A program made the position numbers and the translations under genes. Positions 26,011 through 35,890 of a stretch of DNA of 64,000 bases are shown here, piece after piece. This DNA is from a virus, in the IMG/VR virus record IMGVR_UViG_3300038428_000280, positions 1 to 64,000 of that record. One strand, 5' to 3'. The notes under the pieces were generated by a model. It did not search any database, was not told the origin of the DNA, and saw only the letters and a list, made by a program, of their open reading frames with translations. Position 1 is the first letter of the stretch; each line of letters opens with the position of its first letter.

Positions 26011-26307
26011 ATGCATTTGGGTCATCTATCTGTTGAAGCATTTTTGAGAAAAGGTGAATATGACCAAGGTGATGTGGCCATAATTGATTACGATGATTTA
26101 TATGATTATTTGCATTCAGTAAAATTAAAACCAAATAAATCTGTAGAAGCACCACCCTATCAAGTCGCTTATGATTTTCCCCCATTGTTTAAATGTTTTT
26201 TTGGTCATAAATTTGAATGGAAAGTAACACCAATGGGTCAGTGGAGACAAGAAATTTGTAAAAAATGTGGTATAACAAGACACACCGAAAAACTAACAAA
26301 AATATGA
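26011..26307 (+). CDS. Hypothetical protein
   Basis: CFFGHKF..CKKCG motif. Confidence 0.6.
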   Translation: MHLGHLSVEAFLRKGEYDQGDVAIIDYDDLYDYLHSVKLKPNKSVEAPPYQVAYDFPPLFKCFFGHKFEWKVTPMGQWRQEICKKCGITRHTEKLTKI

Positions 26308-26813
26308 AAGATGAAATAATTGACATAGAAGCAGTAACCGTACCGGATAAAGAACCAACCGACAAAACATTAAAATTGATTGATGAACTAAACAATCAAC
26401 TTACCACCGAGAAAGGTGAATGGATTTATGTTAAAAACGTAGGGATTTGTTGGCATCCTTCTTTAGTTGAAAAACAGATGGGACATACTCCACAAATAGA
26501 AATGCCCTCCCCATCAACACCCCCTCTTCTATTAGAGGATATAGTCAAATGGGGTAACACAATAGATTTTGATAATATTCCACAAAATGCAGTGGTATTG
26601 GTTAAATTGGATATCAGTGACCCGTTTCGTGTTCAAATGATGCAACGGGTTATTGCCAAGCAGGTTCTTGAACCGAGAATCGAAAAGTTGAAAGAACGAC
26701 GCGTTTGTATTTTGTTTATGCAGGCGGGCGACGACATTTCAGTAATGCCCGAAGAAGATATGAAAAAAGCCGGTTGGGAAAAGAAGGAAAAGAGTATCAT
26801 TATTACACCTTAA
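26304..26813 (+). CDS. Hypothetical protein
   Basis: Start MKDEIID at an ATGA overlap. Confidence 0.65.
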   Translation: MKDEIIDIEAVTVPDKEPTDKTLKLIDELNNQLTTEKGEWIYVKNVGICWHPSLVEKQMGHTPQIEMPSPSTPPLLLEDIVKWGNTIDFDNIPQNAVVLVKLDISDPFRVQMMQRVIAKQVLEPRIEKLKERRVCILFMQAGDDISVMPEEDMKKAGWEKKEKSIIITP

Positions 26814-26816
26814 TTA

Positions 26817-27013
26817 TGGATGATTGTAATAAATATTTTATTTCTTGGAATGAGTTTTTGAAGGATGCTAAAGTTTGTAATGACCTTCAATTAACCCAAG
26901 AAGAGATAAATGAATTAATGGAATTCCATGAAAAATCAATTCAACAACGTGATAGAGATTGGTCATTGATATCGAATTGGGTTGTTGGAGCAGAGCCTAT
27001 TGGTGAGGCTTGA
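26817..27013 (+). CDS. Hypothetical protein
   Basis: Start MDDCNKY just after the previous stop. Confidence 0.55.
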
Positions 27014-27043
27014 CTTTTATAATTAGTGGAGTATCATCATAAA

Positions 27044-27250
27044 ATGAATGATGACGAGCCTAAATATCGCTGTGCTTGGTGTATAAGAGACACCCATACC
27101 AATCCATGCGAATTTTGTGGAAGCGATACTGTTCATGTCAAAGGAACGGTACACAATTGCCATTGGTCCATGTACACAATTAGCACGGTCAAATGTAAAT
27201 TGTGTGACAAAATCATCAGTTACGAAGATTATCTGAACGGGAAATTTTAA
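27044..27250 (+). CDS. Small zinc-finger protein
   Basis: CAWC, CEFC and CKLC motifs; ATG 6 nt after TTGACT-16-TATCAT (27010-27037). Confidence 0.6.
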   Translation: MNDDEPKYRCAWCIRDTHTNPCEFCGSDTVHVKGTVHNCHWSMYTISTVKCKLCDKIISYEDYLNGKF

Positions 27251-27252
27251 AT

Positions 27253-27630
27253 ATGAAAACAACATTGGAGAAATGGGCAGATAAAATAAGGAAATTACGG
27301 AAAAATCAACCCAAAGTGACTCTGAAAGAAGCTCAGGCACAAGCAGACCGGGTTATGAAAGTTGTTAGAGAAGCCAAAGGTATTAAACGGCTGGAACCAA
27401 GGGTTTATCATAAGACACCTTATGTTTTGGATGAAGACATAAAGAAACTGCATGGGGCCGCTTGGTTTAAAAAATTCGTCAAAGCTGCCGGCCCCGGCAA
27501 TACAATGATGATTATTCCAGCCAATGACCCGTCGCATAAAAAATCAAGGCAACAAATAGGTATGTATATGTGGGATTATGAAAGATTTGCTGATGTGGTT
27601 GATTTTAACAGACCCACATATTTCGATTAA
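27253..27630 (+). CDS. Hypothetical protein
   Basis: 125-aa basic ORF. Confidence 0.6.
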   Translation: MKTTLEKWADKIRKLRKNQPKVTLKEAQAQADRVMKVVREAKGIKRLEPRVYHKTPYVLDEDIKKLHGAAWFKKFVKAAGPGNTMMIIPANDPSHKKSRQQIGMYMWDYERFADVVDFNRPTYFD

Positions 27631-27681
27631 AAAATAACAACAAGTAGTAAAACGCATATGAGATAGAAGAACAATAACGAT

Positions 27682-28341
27682 ATGAACATTATCAACAGAA
27701 CGCAAGTCTTGAAGCTAAACAGCGCTTGGCAAGCTGTAGGTCAATCAACCGTGGGTAAAGCCTTGGTTGACTTGGCCGCAGGCAAGTGCGCTTTGGCTCT
27801 TGACATTGAATACGAAAAGGATGAAAAAGGTGAATACATCCTTGACGAAAATGGTTGGCCATCCGGTCAATCATGGCCTCGTCCGGTAACTTGGGAAGAG
27901 TGGATTACGTTACCTGTTCGCCCGTTTGATGATGTCATTCATTATGGTAATGGCCTCAAAACCATGAGAGCGCCTACGGTCATTATTGCTAAAAACTTTA
28001 GCAGAATGCCTCTTAAAAAATTCAAAGGCAAACCTTCCAAGGATGCTATTTGGATTCGTGATAACGGTACCGACCAATACACGGGCAGAAAATTGAAGCG
28101 TCATGAAGCTACGGTTGACCACATTCTCCCTCAATCGAGGGGTGGTCAAAATACTTGGGAAAACCTTGCCCTCACAGCCAAGGAAATTAATGCCAAGAAA
28201 GGTAACAAGCTTAACAGTGAAGTGGGTTTGAAATTGATTCGCGAGCCAAAGGCTCCAAGACCAATTCCATTGTCTCACTTGATTAGAGAAATCAAGCATC
28301 CTGATTGGAGACCACACCTTCCGCATTTGGTTGAAGATTAG
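27682..28341 (+). CDS. HNH endonuclease (McrA/HNH_5-like, zinc cysteines lost)
   Basis: VLKLN, RDNGTDQYTG and TVDHILPQSRGGQNTWENL...NAKKGN motifs. Confidence 0.85.
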   Translation: MNIINRTQVLKLNSAWQAVGQSTVGKALVDLAAGKCALALDIEYEKDEKGEYILDENGWPSGQSWPRPVTWEEWITLPVRPFDDVIHYGNGLKTMRAPTVIIAKNFSRMPLKKFKGKPSKDAIWIRDNGTDQYTGRKLKRHEATVDHILPQSRGGQNTWENLALTAKEINAKKGNKLNSEVGLKLIREPKAPRPIPLSHLIREIKHPDWRPHLPHLVED

Positions 28342-28822
28342 GAAAATTACTCTTTGGGGAATTAAAGTTAAAAAAGGACCCTCTGTTAACTATAATAGAG
28401 GGTTCTTTTTTTAAATATTTGATTGCAGATTCAAGAATTGATATATTATCTTTGAATAAGCCTATCCCAACATTACAACTATGACATAATAATCCTCTTA
28501 TTACATTAGTTTTATGGCAATGGTCAACGTATAATTGAGGCGAAATGGAATGTTTACTTTCTTTATTACCACATATAGCACAACATCCGTTTTGATTATT
28601 TAATAGGATGATATAATCTTCCATTGAAAGGTTGTGAACTTTTTTAAGACGACCTCTTCTTTTATGAATCTTTACTTTATCTTTATTATTGGCCTTCCAT
28701 AATTTAGACCTTAGTTTAGCACAAGATTTACAATATGGCCCTTTACCCATTTTGCCTGCACTTGGATTATTGTAAAATTCTTCCAAATTCTTTTTTATCT
28801 TACATTGTGCACACCTTTTCAT
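28292..28822 (-). CDS. Endonuclease VII-like (putative homing) endonuclease
   Basis: CAQC..K...F..CKSC; QNGCCAICG and VDHCHKTNVIRGLLCHSCNVGIG motifs. Confidence 0.85.
   Translation of the reverse strand: MKRCAQCKIKKNLEEFYNNPSAGKMGKGPYCKSCAKLRSKLWKANNKDKVKIHKRRGRLKKVHNLSMEDYIILLNNQNGCCAICGNKESKHSISPQLYVDHCHKTNVIRGLLCHSCNVGIGLFKDNISILESAIKYLKKEPSIIVNRGSFFNFNSPKSNFPNLQPNAEGVVSNQDA
28370..28412 (+). terminator. Intrinsic terminator of the plus-strand operon
   Basis: GGACCCTCTGTTA-ACTA-TAATAGAGGGTTC followed by T7. Confidence 0.75.
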
Positions 28823-28842
28823 TAATAGTAGTTATCGAAAGC

Positions 28843-28885
28843 AAAAAACAGGTCATCTTGCATTACACAAAAAGACCTGTTTTTT
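28843..28885 (-). terminator. Intrinsic terminator after the vWA gene
   Basis: AAAAAACAGGTC...GACCTGTTTTTT. Confidence 0.7.
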
Positions 28886-28899
28886 ATTAATTATCAAAA

Positions 28900-29589
28900 T
28901 TAAACAACTTTTGATGGAATTTTCTTTTTTGTTTTAGAAGCCGCTGTATCGGTGGTGTCCATAAACTTGAAACTTGCACCTTTCAAACTGCGATATGCGG
29001 TAGCGCTACGAGACAATGTATCGAAAGCAAGAGCTGTTCCCGCTGAATCGGCTACATAATCCAATGTGGTTCCTGCTTGATAGCCCATTGAACTGCCGAC
29101 TGCCCAAGAATCTTGGTTGGCTCCAATATAAGCAAAATCCCAACTATAAACCTTGGTTTGATGCTCAACCATTCCTTTTACCATTATGGAATCCATACGA
29201 ACCGCATCCCTGTTGTGCAGGTGGTCGTTGTCTTCGCCGTCGGTGATGGTCACAACCAAAACTTTTTCAGGTCGTTCCTCTTCCGGCATGGCTGACAAGC
29301 GAGCACCCATGTCATTGATGGTCTTGCCAAGAGAATCGTAAAGCGCTGTGCCGCCTCTTGGAATATAATTGTTTTTGTCCAATAGAGGAACCTGATACAA
29401 GTCAACGTCCTCAAACATTGTCTCATATTGCGTGTCAAATTTATAAGCAAAAACACGGCATTGACCGAGCTTTGCGTCCTGTTGTGATTTGATGAATGTA
29501 TTAAATCCACCAATCATGTCGCTGCAGATTGATTGCATTGAACCTGAACGGTCAATGACAAATATAATATATGTGAGTCCACTTTTCAT
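28900..29589 (-). CDS. vWA domain protein
   Basis: DRSGSM, PRGGTALYD, ITDGEDN and YIGANQD motifs. Confidence 0.88.
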   Translation of the reverse strand: MKSGLTYIIFVIDRSGSMQSICSDMIGGFNTFIKSQQDAKLGQCRVFAYKFDTQYETMFEDVDLYQVPLLDKNNYIPRGGTALYDSLGKTINDMGARLSAMPEEERPEKVLVVTITDGEDNDHLHNRDAVRMDSIMVKGMVEHQTKVYSWDFAYIGANQDSWAVGSSMGYQAGTTLDYVADSAGTALAFDTLSRSATAYRSLKGASFKFMDTTDTAASKTKKKIPSKVV

Positions 29590-29597
29590 AGATTACA

Positions 29598-30761
29598 TTA
29601 TATGACAGGATTGTAAGAAGTCAAGTCATTAGCAACCATTTTTTCAATCAAGCCGTTAAACGTGGTTTTTGGCTGCCAGCCCAATTCTTCTCTAATCTTA
29701 TCAGAATTGGCGCACAATACATCCACTTCGGCAGGACGATAGAATTTTGGATTTACTTTAACCAACGTAATCAATCCATTGGGCGTTATTCTTTGCATGA
29801 ACTTTTCATTCACTCCTGTATCATACCATTCGCCCTTTATTCCAACCATTTCAAAAGATTTTTCTACAAATTCACGAATTGTATGTTTTTCTCCACTACC
29901 AACAACGTAATCTTTTATATATGGAGCAACATTCTTTACATCTTTACACGTTTCTATTACTGCTGGATTAGATGGAAGCCACAGATAATTGCATTTGTCT
30001 TGATTCAACATTTTCCATACCGCATCCATCATGTCTTCAGCATTGGACCAATCTCGTTTAGCATCAAGGTTGCCCAATTCGATAGGAACAATTGGTGTGC
30101 CATTGTTGATATCGTTATAAATTTTAACTATGCCTTTTGTAATTTTTCTTGTGACAAATGCCTCACCGCGCCTTGATCCTTCATGATTGAACAACCAGCC
30201 TTGAACGGCGTAAATTCCATATGACTCCCTATAAACTTTTACTAATTGGCGAGCAGCGACTTTGGATGCTCCATAAGGACTTCTTGGCCTTAAAGGATGA
30301 TTTTCATCTTGTGGTTCATATACAACATTGCCAAACTCTTCCGAAGAGCCAGCATTGTAGAATCTGCAATCGGGTTTGAGACGTTTGATAGCTTCCAAAC
30401 AATCCAAAATTGCTGTGGAATTACATTCCCATGTTTGTCGAGCAAAATCCCAAGAAGAAGCCACAAAACTTTGAGCGGCAAAATTTATAAAATAATTCGG
30501 TTTTATACACTCCATAATTTTGTATATGGAATGAGAATCCGTCAAATCAAAATTGACTAATTGAAATCTTGACTCATTCTCAAGATGTTTGATGTTGGAA
30601 TGATTTTCTACACTTAAGCGTCTAGCGCCACCAACAACGGAGGCACTTGTTTCACTAAGGAGGTAATCAACCATCAGAGAACCGTCTTGTCCTGTAACGC
30701 CTGTAACGAATACTACTGTTCCTTCGGGACGTTTGATATCTTGAATATTATTGACTTTCAT
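29598..30761 (-). CDS. gmd: GDP-mannose 4,6-dehydratase
   Basis: TGVTGQDGS, AQSFVASSW, SSEEFG, PRSPYGASK, FNHE, FVTRKIT, LGNLDAKRDW and RPAEVD motifs. Confidence 0.95.
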   Translation of the reverse strand: MKVNNIQDIKRPEGTVVFVTGVTGQDGSLMVDYLLSETSASVVGGARRLSVENHSNIKHLENESRFQLVNFDLTDSHSIYKIMECIKPNYFINFAAQSFVASSWDFARQTWECNSTAILDCLEAIKRLKPDCRFYNAGSSEEFGNVVYEPQDENHPLRPRSPYGASKVAARQLVKVYRESYGIYAVQGWLFNHEGSRRGEAFVTRKITKGIVKIYNDINNGTPIVPIELGNLDAKRDWSNAEDMMDAVWKMLNQDKCNYLWLPSNPAVIETCKDVKNVAPYIKDYVVGSGEKHTIREFVEKSFEMVGIKGEWYDTGVNEKFMQRITPNGLITLVKVNPKFYRPAEVDVLCANSDKIREELGWQPKTTFNGLIEKMVANDLTSYNPVI

Positions 30762-30912
30762 AACCTATACGTATGTATAGGTTCACGTAGAATTTAATTA
30801 TAATTTGATGTATTTGTATGTGCGGTCATTAATATCATAATACCAATAACCACATACTTTACCTAATTCAGAACGAAGAGCTAAATTTTTCCACTCTTTC
30901 ATCCAATCGGAA

Positions 30913-31353
30913 TTAATCCAACTCATTGTTGCCATTGATTCCGTCTCTGAATTTTGAAAATCTTCTATGGAAGTCATCAAAATCTTCCTCCGTTAATCCT
31001 AATACATTTACGATTGCATTGATGATATAACAAGAGTGATATTTTCCTATATTTTTCTCTGCCAATTTTTTAGCGATGATGGAAGCAAAATAAGTTAACT
31101 CCATCAATCTTTTTTTCTCTTCGTTCTCTTCAAAACCACCAAGTATCAATCCGGGGATTTGCTTGGATCCAATATCAGATTGGGTTTCCTTAATGACCGC
31201 GTTTCTCAATAACTCTTTAAGTTTTTCAGCATCCACCTTTGCAGTTTTTAACTTTTCACGAAGTTTTTTAACATCCCTCGCGGCAACTTTTTTAGCTATG
31301 GAGAACGTGGTTAAAATGCCCTCTTTTGCCAAGATGTGGTTTACTGTTTGCAT
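30913..31353 (-). CDS. Hypothetical protein
   Basis: 146-aa ORF; TATTTATA upstream. Confidence 0.65.
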   Translation of the reverse strand: MQTVNHILAKEGILTTFSIAKKVAARDVKKLREKLKTAKVDAEKLKELLRNAVIKETQSDIGSKQIPGLILGGFEENEEKKRLMELTYFASIIAKKLAEKNIGKYHSCYIINAIVNVLGLTEEDFDDFHRRFSKFRDGINGNNELD

Positions 31354-31374
31354 TCTGCCTATAAATAGAATGAA

Positions 31375-32100
31375 TTAAAATCGAGCTTCGATTTTTCGGG
31401 AAGAACCCTGAATTCTGTCGGGGTCTGAAAAATTAAATTCTACCTTACCCCTTCGTATGTATCCACGTCCCGTAAGAAACATGCAATTATAGCACAAAAT
31501 TTCTATGTTTTCCAACAGATGATTTTTTTCATTACCATCTTTGAAACTTATCAGCAGAGGCATTTTTTTGTCTGTCAATCTGTGCTCATTGAATCCACAG
31601 TTTTCACATTCCGCTTTTTTTGTTCCGCTTCGAATGAGAAGGTCTTTAAGCCGGTAAATGGGATAATTTGGAAATTTGCCTTCAAGTATTTGATTGAGGG
31701 GATATTTGCCTTTATCGGGAGCCCAATATCTTTTTCTGTCCCCCTTGCCCCAAGGATTTGTTTTGAATAGGCTGTATGTTTTTGCCCATTTTTTATAGCA
31801 ATTATATCCGACATTGAGGTATTTAGCGCAGGCCGTAGCATTGTTACAATGTTCTTGAGCTTCCTTTATTTCCGATTCCAGCAAAGGTCTAGCGCCTCGT
31901 CCTTTGCGAAGTCTTCGGGGGTCAATCTTGATGATGCCTATGGATTTTAAATCTTCTTCGGGAAGCTGCAACTCTTCCAATACCGTTTTATTTTCAAGGT
32001 TTGCAATCTTTTTTTTAACTTCCTGTAACTCTCGGACCACGACTTCCAACACTTTATTTTCCGTTGGTGTCGGTGATGGATTGATTTGTTGTGTTTCCAT
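31375..32100 (-). CDS. HTH plus degenerate HNH-like protein
   Basis: ACAKYLNVGY..YKKWAK; CENCG and DGNEKNHLLENIEILCYNC motifs. Confidence 0.7.
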   Translation of the reverse strand: METQQINPSPTPTENKVLEVVVRELQEVKKKIANLENKTVLEELQLPEEDLKSIGIIKIDPRRLRKGRGARPLLESEIKEAQEHCNNATACAKYLNVGYNCYKKWAKTYSLFKTNPWGKGDRKRYWAPDKGKYPLNQILEGKFPNYPIYRLKDLLIRSGTKKAECENCGFNEHRLTDKKMPLLISFKDGNEKNHLLENIEILCYNCMFLTGRGYIRRGKVEFNFSDPDRIQGSSRKIEARF

Positions 32101-32443
32101 TTTCTCCTCTCAAACTTTCTTTTTGAAGGTCAATACCATGCATTCTCATGAAATTTAGACGAAGTATTTCAGCTTTTTCATGCAATCCAGCATTGATTAA
32201 AACACGATAAGTATTGTAACAAAAGTGTTTTTCCGGCTTTTTAAAATCCTTTTTCTCCCAACATTCAAGAATGACTGTGACTTTAAATCCCGGTGTATCT
32301 TTTCTTTTTTCGATAGCGCGAGTGGCGGCTTCGACGTAAATATCATCAAAGCTGTCTGAATCGATGTCAAATTCATCCATCCAAAAATTTGAACATTTTA
32401 CCACAACCGTTTTAAGTGTTGAAGTTTTTGTATCTTTTTTCAT
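32054..32443 (-). CDS. Hypothetical protein
   Basis: Start MKKDTK; EAATRAIE and VLINAG. Confidence 0.6.
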   Translation of the reverse strand: MKKDTKTSTLKTVVVKCSNFWMDEFDIDSDSFDDIYVEAATRAIEKRKDTPGFKVTVILECWEKKDFKKPEKHFCYNTYRVLINAGLHEKAEILRLNFMRMHGIDLQKESLRGENGNTTNQSITDTNGK

Positions 32444-32658
32444 AGTTTGTTTCCCCAACCGTCTATTCCTGCGCAATCATTACAAATCCCCTCAAAGGTT
32501 CGTTTTGGTTTGGAGCACCTACACGTTTCAGTTGTTCCGCATTTCAGGCACACCAAACGAAGGTCGTGTTTCATTCCATCCGGGTCATGTTCCCTTCGAA
32601 TTTCAAAAAACGTCTTGGGTTGTTCGTCTTCTTTTAATAGGGATTTTAGTTTGATCAT
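32440..32658 (-). CDS. Small Cys-rich protein with MIKLKSLLKE leader
   Basis: CLKCG..CRCS..CNDC motifs. Confidence 0.65.
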   Translation of the reverse strand: MIKLKSLLKEDEQPKTFFEIRREHDPDGMKHDLRLVCLKCGTTETCRCSKPKRTFEGICNDCAGIDGWGNKL

Positions 32659-32663
32659 AAATT

Positions 32664-32891
32664 TTAGGCCAAAAAACTCGTTGGATATTCCACTTCCATT
32701 CGCTGCTTCATTTTTTTCATGATGTTATGGATTCGAGGCAATCTTTTAACCCTTACATCATTGACATAAAAGGGTTCCATTATCCTTCCAAGATTTACAA
32801 TTCTATCATATTCTCTCAAAACACTATAGATTTCTTCGTACTCTTGGGCTGTCAGGCTACCTTCATCTTTTTTATTCGTCTTTTTTTTCAT
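32664..32891 (-). CDS. Hypothetical protein
   Basis: Operon-packed ORF. Confidence 0.55.
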   Translation of the reverse strand: MKKKTNKKDEGSLTAQEYEEIYSVLREYDRIVNLGRIMEPFYVNDVRVKRLPRIHNIMKKMKQRMEVEYPTSFLA

Positions 32892-34515
32892 AAGTCAAAT
32901 CTCCATCATTTAAAAGGTCAAGATTTTTAAGTTTTTCCTTGACGTTATCACAAACTTGTTCTTCGATTGTTCCCGCTACAAACATTATTTTCTGAACGCT
33001 TTTACTCTTTGCATTTTCCCGCCATACTCTACCTGTGGCCTGTCTCATTAACACGGCTGAATAACTTGGTGAAATCAATGTTAAACGCGGATTAAGACCA
33101 TCTATATCATGAAGGGAAAGACCAGCACCGCCACTAGCTATGTTCACTAAAATCACCTTCTCCTTACCAGCCTGAAAGTCATCCACATTCTTCTGACGTT
33201 CTTCATCCTTGGTTTTACCGTCAAAAATACACGAGATATTCAACCTTTTAGCTATGGCTTGAAGAGTTTCAGTAAAGTTAACAAAAACTACCACAGACAT
33301 GCCATTTTCCAATCCCTCTTCAATCATGTCTATAAATAGGGGGACCTTAATCAATTCAATATGTTGTCGTGCCCGCAAAATGGCGGTCAATTCACTAGCC
33401 TTGTCGGTTTTGGTCAATTGAGCTAGTTTCTTCAATTCCTTTTGCATTTCTGCATGACATTCATTTATTTTTTTGACATCCGCATCATCCATGTTATAAC
33501 ATTCAGCAATGATTTCAGATTCAGGAAAATTGGGAATGGTATCTCGGGTGAGTCTGACACCACGATTAATGAAAATATCCTTGTGTAATTTTTTCAAAAC
33601 TTTTTGTCTAAGCTTCATGTCGTCGGTAAATTCCAAACCAAAACGCCCTTTGTGGACTCCATGTTCATAACACCACTGATAATAAGCATTTGCACCTTTG
33701 AATAGTTTTAAACAAGTGCCGACGGTTCTAAGTTCGAGGGGATTGGTTGCATTAGTGGCCGAACAAAATAGCATTTTGTAATTTTGCTTGAGAGCTTCGA
33801 TACAAGTCTTTGAATTCTTGGTCTTCCAATTCTTTAATTTTTGTGACTCATCCCAAACAATCAACGTATCTTTCGGGATTTTCCATATAAATTTTCGTTT
33901 GTGTGTTTTTCTGTTTTCAACATAAGAGGCAAAGGGGGAATCGGTTTTACCTATTCGAATTTGTTCATAGTTTATAATACCCACCAATGAACTCTTCATT
34001 TTAAAATGGTCTGTCACCACACGCTTCCACGGTTCCATCACAGCCTTGGGACAAACTACAAGCATCTTCATTTTAAGTTCTCGGGCAACTGAACAAGCTA
34101 CGTAAGTTTTACCGACACCCACATCCGAACCATCAATGGCACAACCTGTCTTATTGATAGCTGTCACCAATTTGCTTACAGACTCAACTTGCCAAGGTCT
34201 AAGACCGTCTTCATTTTCAACCTTGTAGGGGGGTATCCAAAACTCTTCAGCCTCTATTGGAGGGGAGGGCGGGTCTTTAGCACCGATATTACTAAAATTT
34301 TCCGCACAAACTTTGGTTTCATAAAGGTACCAATCGTTATCAACCTTGGCTACGGAGAAACCTTCGCCCCACATTTTATATTTGGCATGATTCCAAAAAG
34401 TAAAAAAGGGCGGACGATATTCAACAGGAATTTTCCATGCACGGCGCCATACAAATTCGCCGTCTTTGTTTTCCCACTGATAGGGGTCACTCCATTCAAT
34501 ATCCAAGTTTATCAT
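32872..34515 (-). CDS. SNF2-like superfamily 2 helicase
   Basis: LRPWQ, DVGVGKT, DESQ, SAT, GGAGLSL and QATGRVWR motifs. Confidence 0.88.
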   Translation of the reverse strand: MINLDIEWSDPYQWENKDGEFVWRRAWKIPVEYRPPFFTFWNHAKYKMWGEGFSVAKVDNDWYLYETKVCAENFSNIGAKDPPSPPIEAEEFWIPPYKVENEDGLRPWQVESVSKLVTAINKTGCAIDGSDVGVGKTYVACSVARELKMKMLVVCPKAVMEPWKRVVTDHFKMKSSLVGIINYEQIRIGKTDSPFASYVENRKTHKRKFIWKIPKDTLIVWDESQKLKNWKTKNSKTCIEALKQNYKMLFCSATNATNPLELRTVGTCLKLFKGANAYYQWCYEHGVHKGRFGLEFTDDMKLRQKVLKKLHKDIFINRGVRLTRDTIPNFPESEIIAECYNMDDADVKKINECHAEMQKELKKLAQLTKTDKASELTAILRARQHIELIKVPLFIDMIEEGLENGMSVVVFVNFTETLQAIAKRLNISCIFDGKTKDEERQKNVDDFQAGKEKVILVNIASGGAGLSLHDIDGLNPRLTLISPSYSAVLMRQATGRVWRENAKSKSVQKIMFVAGTIEEQVCDNVKEKLKNLDLLNDGDLTYEKKDE

Positions 34516-34543
34516 TCTATAACAAATGACCTACACTTGTTGT

Positions 34544-34837
34544 TTAATCGCCGTATTCTTCTTTTTGGAAGGCGGTGGCGGTGTGAATATCAGTTTTTAC
34601 GTAGTTATTGTTTTTAATAACTCCAATGTTAAATTCTTCCGATAGAGCACGGGTTAGCATGACTCCGGCTGGGTCGTCATATCCATATCCTAAATCTATA
34701 AGATTTTGAACATATTGACTCCTTGACATTTTAAATGCCCTTGGAATCAAATAATTGAAATAATTGACAAGCTCCGGCACCGTATTAAAGGTGACATACC
34801 GACTTATCGTTGAATCTTGTATATAAAATTTACTCAT
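34544..34837 (-). CDS. Hypothetical protein
   Basis: 97-aa ORF. Confidence 0.65.
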   Translation of the reverse strand: MSKFYIQDSTISRYVTFNTVPELVNYFNYLIPRAFKMSRSQYVQNLIDLGYGYDDPAGVMLTRALSEEFNIGVIKNNNYVKTDIHTATAFQKEEYGD

Positions 34838-34912
34838 ATCACACTATATGTAGTGTCAATATTAGCATTATGTCTTAAGATTGTGTAAATTACAAGTTTT
34901 TATATTAAAAAC

Positions 34913-35872
34913 TTAATGGCTGCCACTTATACTTGATGTGGGGGTGGTATTAGTAGTGATAACTACTGTTGGAGGAGCTATACTTCCTGCTGTTGGTACT
35001 GCGGCAGTAGCTACAGTTGTTGCAACAGGTGCAACAGCTGCGGCTATAATTGAATTTTTCAAAGTAGTATATTCGGTTTCCAATGCTTTATATGCATCGT
35101 TGCTTACCAATTCAAGTTCATCTATACTTTTTGGAACAATATATTCAATAAGCTGTATAGCAATAGAACCAACTCTGCTGAATATACTAAATATGGATGC
35201 TGCAACAGGATTGGTAAACGAAAGTATTCTTAATACTGTGTAAGCAATACCTAAAAATAAGCCTACCCAAAAAATATGTTTACCAAAATTTACCAATCCT
35301 TTTACTACTGCACCCAATCCCCAATATGATGTATAAGAAGATAATTGACTTGATAATGTATCAGTTTTTAATGCAGTAGCATTAGCAAGTGTCATGTAAT
35401 CAGAAATTGCTTTATCTTTATTAGCTTCTAAATCCTTTTTCTGAGCTTGAAGGTCAGATATTTCTTTATCTTTATCTTCTAATTCTTTACTACCTTTTCC
35501 ATTTATTAAATCATCAGCTAAAGATTGAATTGATTTTTGGTCATTGAGATTTGGTAAACCAGCAATATTCTGAACTCTTTCATTCAATGTTTGAGCAGTT
35601 TTAACTGCTGGGTCATCGGTTACAGATTGATTCAAAGAATAGCCGACACCAAAAGATAATCCTGATATTTCATATAATTGGTCGCTGGTATTTTGTGCAA
35701 TGTCATTTTGGGCTAATGTAATCTTTTGTGCGGATTTTTGTTCTGCGGTTGCAGATTTACCAAAAATACCCTTAACCGTTGAACATCCTACCACCAATGA
35801 TGCGATGACCAATGAAATAGCTACTTGTTTTAATATTGAGGATTTAATGCTTTTCATAACTTTACCTTCCAT
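34913..35872 (-). CDS. Lipoprotein with coiled coil and C-terminal TM segments (spanin-like candidate)
   Basis: Signal peptide and lipobox VIASLVVG-C, coiled coil, hydrophobic IFWVGLFLGIAYTVL, Thr/Ala/Pro tail. Confidence 0.6.
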   Translation of the reverse strand: MEGKVMKSIKSSILKQVAISLVIASLVVGCSTVKGIFGKSATAEQKSAQKITLAQNDIAQNTSDQLYEISGLSFGVGYSLNQSVTDDPAVKTAQTLNERVQNIAGLPNLNDQKSIQSLADDLINGKGSKELEDKDKEISDLQAQKKDLEANKDKAISDYMTLANATALKTDTLSSQLSSYTSYWGLGAVVKGLVNFGKHIFWVGLFLGIAYTVLRILSFTNPVAASIFSIFSRVGSIAIQLIEYIVPKSIDELELVSNDAYKALETEYTTLKNSIIAAAVAPVATTVATAAVPTAGSIAPPTVVITTNTTPTSSISGSH

Positions 35873-35890
35873 AACAATCTATAAATAGGT

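Noticed and set aside
30798-30980. 60-aa ORF as given in the track
   Set aside because: It overlaps the upstream gene by 68 nt. At most a short peptide from the ATG near 30903 is plausible, and there is no supporting evidence.
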